Assembly: GCA_017443595.1 (NCBI GenBank)
Contig: JAFSYU010000033.1
Span: 14,549 to 78,548 of the forward strand
Direction: 5' to 3'
From: Clostridia bacterium
Lineage (GTDB): Bacteria > Bacillota > Clostridia > Oscillospirales > CAG-272
Length of the DNA: 64,000 nt
Of this stretch, positions 63,201-64,000 are shown in pieces. Both the position numbers and the translations under genes were made by a program. Every line of letters begins with the position of its first letter. Positions within the stretch are counted from its first letter, which is position 1. The notes under the pieces are model-generated. The model was not told the DNA's origin and searched no databases. It saw nothing but the letters and a program-made list of their open reading frames with translations.

Positions 63201-63924
63201 CTTAAAATACGAGCACATAGCGGATAATATCAGCATAGCAGAGGACCCCCGCGGGCTTTTGCTCACGACGGACGCGTGTTTATTATCCGCTTTTGTTTCA
63301 AAAAACAGCAAACATAATATCTGCGAGCTCGGAGCCGGATCAGGCATAATATCCGCAATGCTTCTGCAGTCAAAAAAGACGGGATCGTCCGTCTGCGTAG
63401 ACTTTCAGGCAAAGTTATGTGAAATCGCACAAAAAAACGCGCAGACAAACGGTTTGGCATCCGGAATGACCGTGGTTTGCGCGGACGTCCTTAACTATGA
63501 TACAGATAAGAGATTTGACGCCGTGGTGTCAAATCCTCCTTATTTTAAAGCGGACGACGGAAGATTAAACGACAGAGATCAGGACAGACTGAGCCGGCAT
63601 GAAAGCACGGCAACAGTGTATGATTTTGCCGCCTGCGCGGGCAGAATTTTAAAAGACGGCGGTATAGCTTATTTCTGCTACACGCCGCAAAGACTGCCGG
63701 AGCTTTTATGCGCTTTGTCCGGCGCCGGACTTGAGCCGAAAAAACTTATAACCGTGTATCCGACGGTAAACCATAAGCCGTCACTTGTTCTTGTGTCCGC
63801 AAAAAAAGGCGCTGAGCCGGGTATCGAGTTTACGCGTCCGCTAATTATATATAAAGACAAAGCCGGCGGAGAATACACGCAGGACTATATAAAAATTAAA
63901 ACTGAAAACAGGATAATGCTTTGA
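63193..63924 (+). CDS. tRNA (adenine37-N6)-methyltransferase-like (TrmN6/YfiC family)
   Basis: ICELGAGSGIIS and VVSNPPYF. Confidence 0.7.
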   Translation: MDNLKYEHIADNISIAEDPRGLLLTTDACLLSAFVSKNSKHNICELGAGSGIISAMLLQSKKTGSSVCVDFQAKLCEIAQKNAQTNGLASGMTVVCADVLNYDTDKRFDAVVSNPPYFKADDGRLNDRDQDRLSRHESTATVYDFAACAGRILKDGGIAYFCYTPQRLPELLCALSGAGLEPKKLITVYPTVNHKPSLVLVSAKKGAEPGIEFTRPLIIYKDKAGGEYTQDYIKIKTENRIML

Positions 63925-63925
63925 T

Positions 63926-64000
63926 ATGAGTGAGAAGTTTATACACGCCAAAGGCGTAAGGGTAAACAATTTAAAGAATATTGAGGTAAAAATACCGCGG
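63926..64000 (+). CDS. uvrA: Excinuclease ABC subunit A, N-terminal 25 codons (partial)
   Basis: MSEKFIHAKGVRVNNLKNIEVKIPR matches the conserved UvrA N-terminus. The gene is truncated by the window edge. Confidence 0.65.
   Translation, partial: MSEKFIHAKGVRVNNLKNIEVKIPR

Noticed and set aside
1-64000. Recognisable defence, toxin-antitoxin, secretion or mobile-element systems
   Set aside because: I scanned all ORFs of 60 aa or more for nuclease, helicase, reverse transcriptase, integrase, transposase, Cas, methylase-restriction and toxin signatures. None could be supported. The methyltransferases present look like rRNA/tRNA or small-molecule enzymes with no partner nucleases.

Overview
Dense, mostly housekeeping 64-kb chromosomal segment with about 60 genes. 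It looks like a Gram-positive anaerobe of the Clostridia, possibly Oscillospiraceae/Ruminococcaceae-like. The taxon guess is an inference from AGGAGG-type RBSs, textbook sigma-A promoters, dockerin-bearing secreted enzymes and Thr/Glu-rich linkers.

Recognisable content:
- Housekeeping genes: rsmA, typA, birA, smpB, trmB, the start of uvrA, a TrmN6-like methyltransferase, pncA-pncB niacin salvage beside an ECF S-component, a class IV aminotransferase, and a radical-SAM TIGR03960/TIGR03936 pair.
- Stable RNAs: tRNA-Thr(CGU) and tmRNA.
- Carbohydrate-active enzymes: GH29 fucosidase, a GH78-like enzyme, a GH36-like enzyme, a DUF4091 protein and a SASA-type esterase. The last two carry N-terminal dockerins.
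- Transport: a MacB-like ABC fusion and a P-type ATPase.
- A six-gene membrane-stress-type operon: GNAT, XpaC, TelA, LemA-like, TPM, GNAT-NUDIX.
- An AraC-linked catabolic cluster with a split transketolase, an IolD/Xsc-like ThDP enzyme, a malonate/methylmalonate-semialdehyde dehydrogenase, a Gfo/Idh/MocA dehydrogenase and two sugar-isomerase-like proteins, but no kinase, aldolase or transporter.

I see no integrase, transposase, CRISPR/cas, restriction or recognisable defence/toxin genes.

The least explained signals are non-coding:
1. Three tandem copies of a ~155-bp unit sit right after tRNA-Thr. Each holds an 85-nt GC-rich, strongly self-pairing core.
2. A family of intergenic arrays is built from a constant 7-nt word plus a variable mini-hairpin. 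The words are AATGAAG, TCATAAC/TCATAG and GCGATAT.
3. A 540-bp intergenic mosaic is made of those modules in both orientations.
4. A 92-bp block containing the last 21 nt of tmRNA is duplicated 188 bp away.

Product names come from motif recognition by eye, not from database searches.
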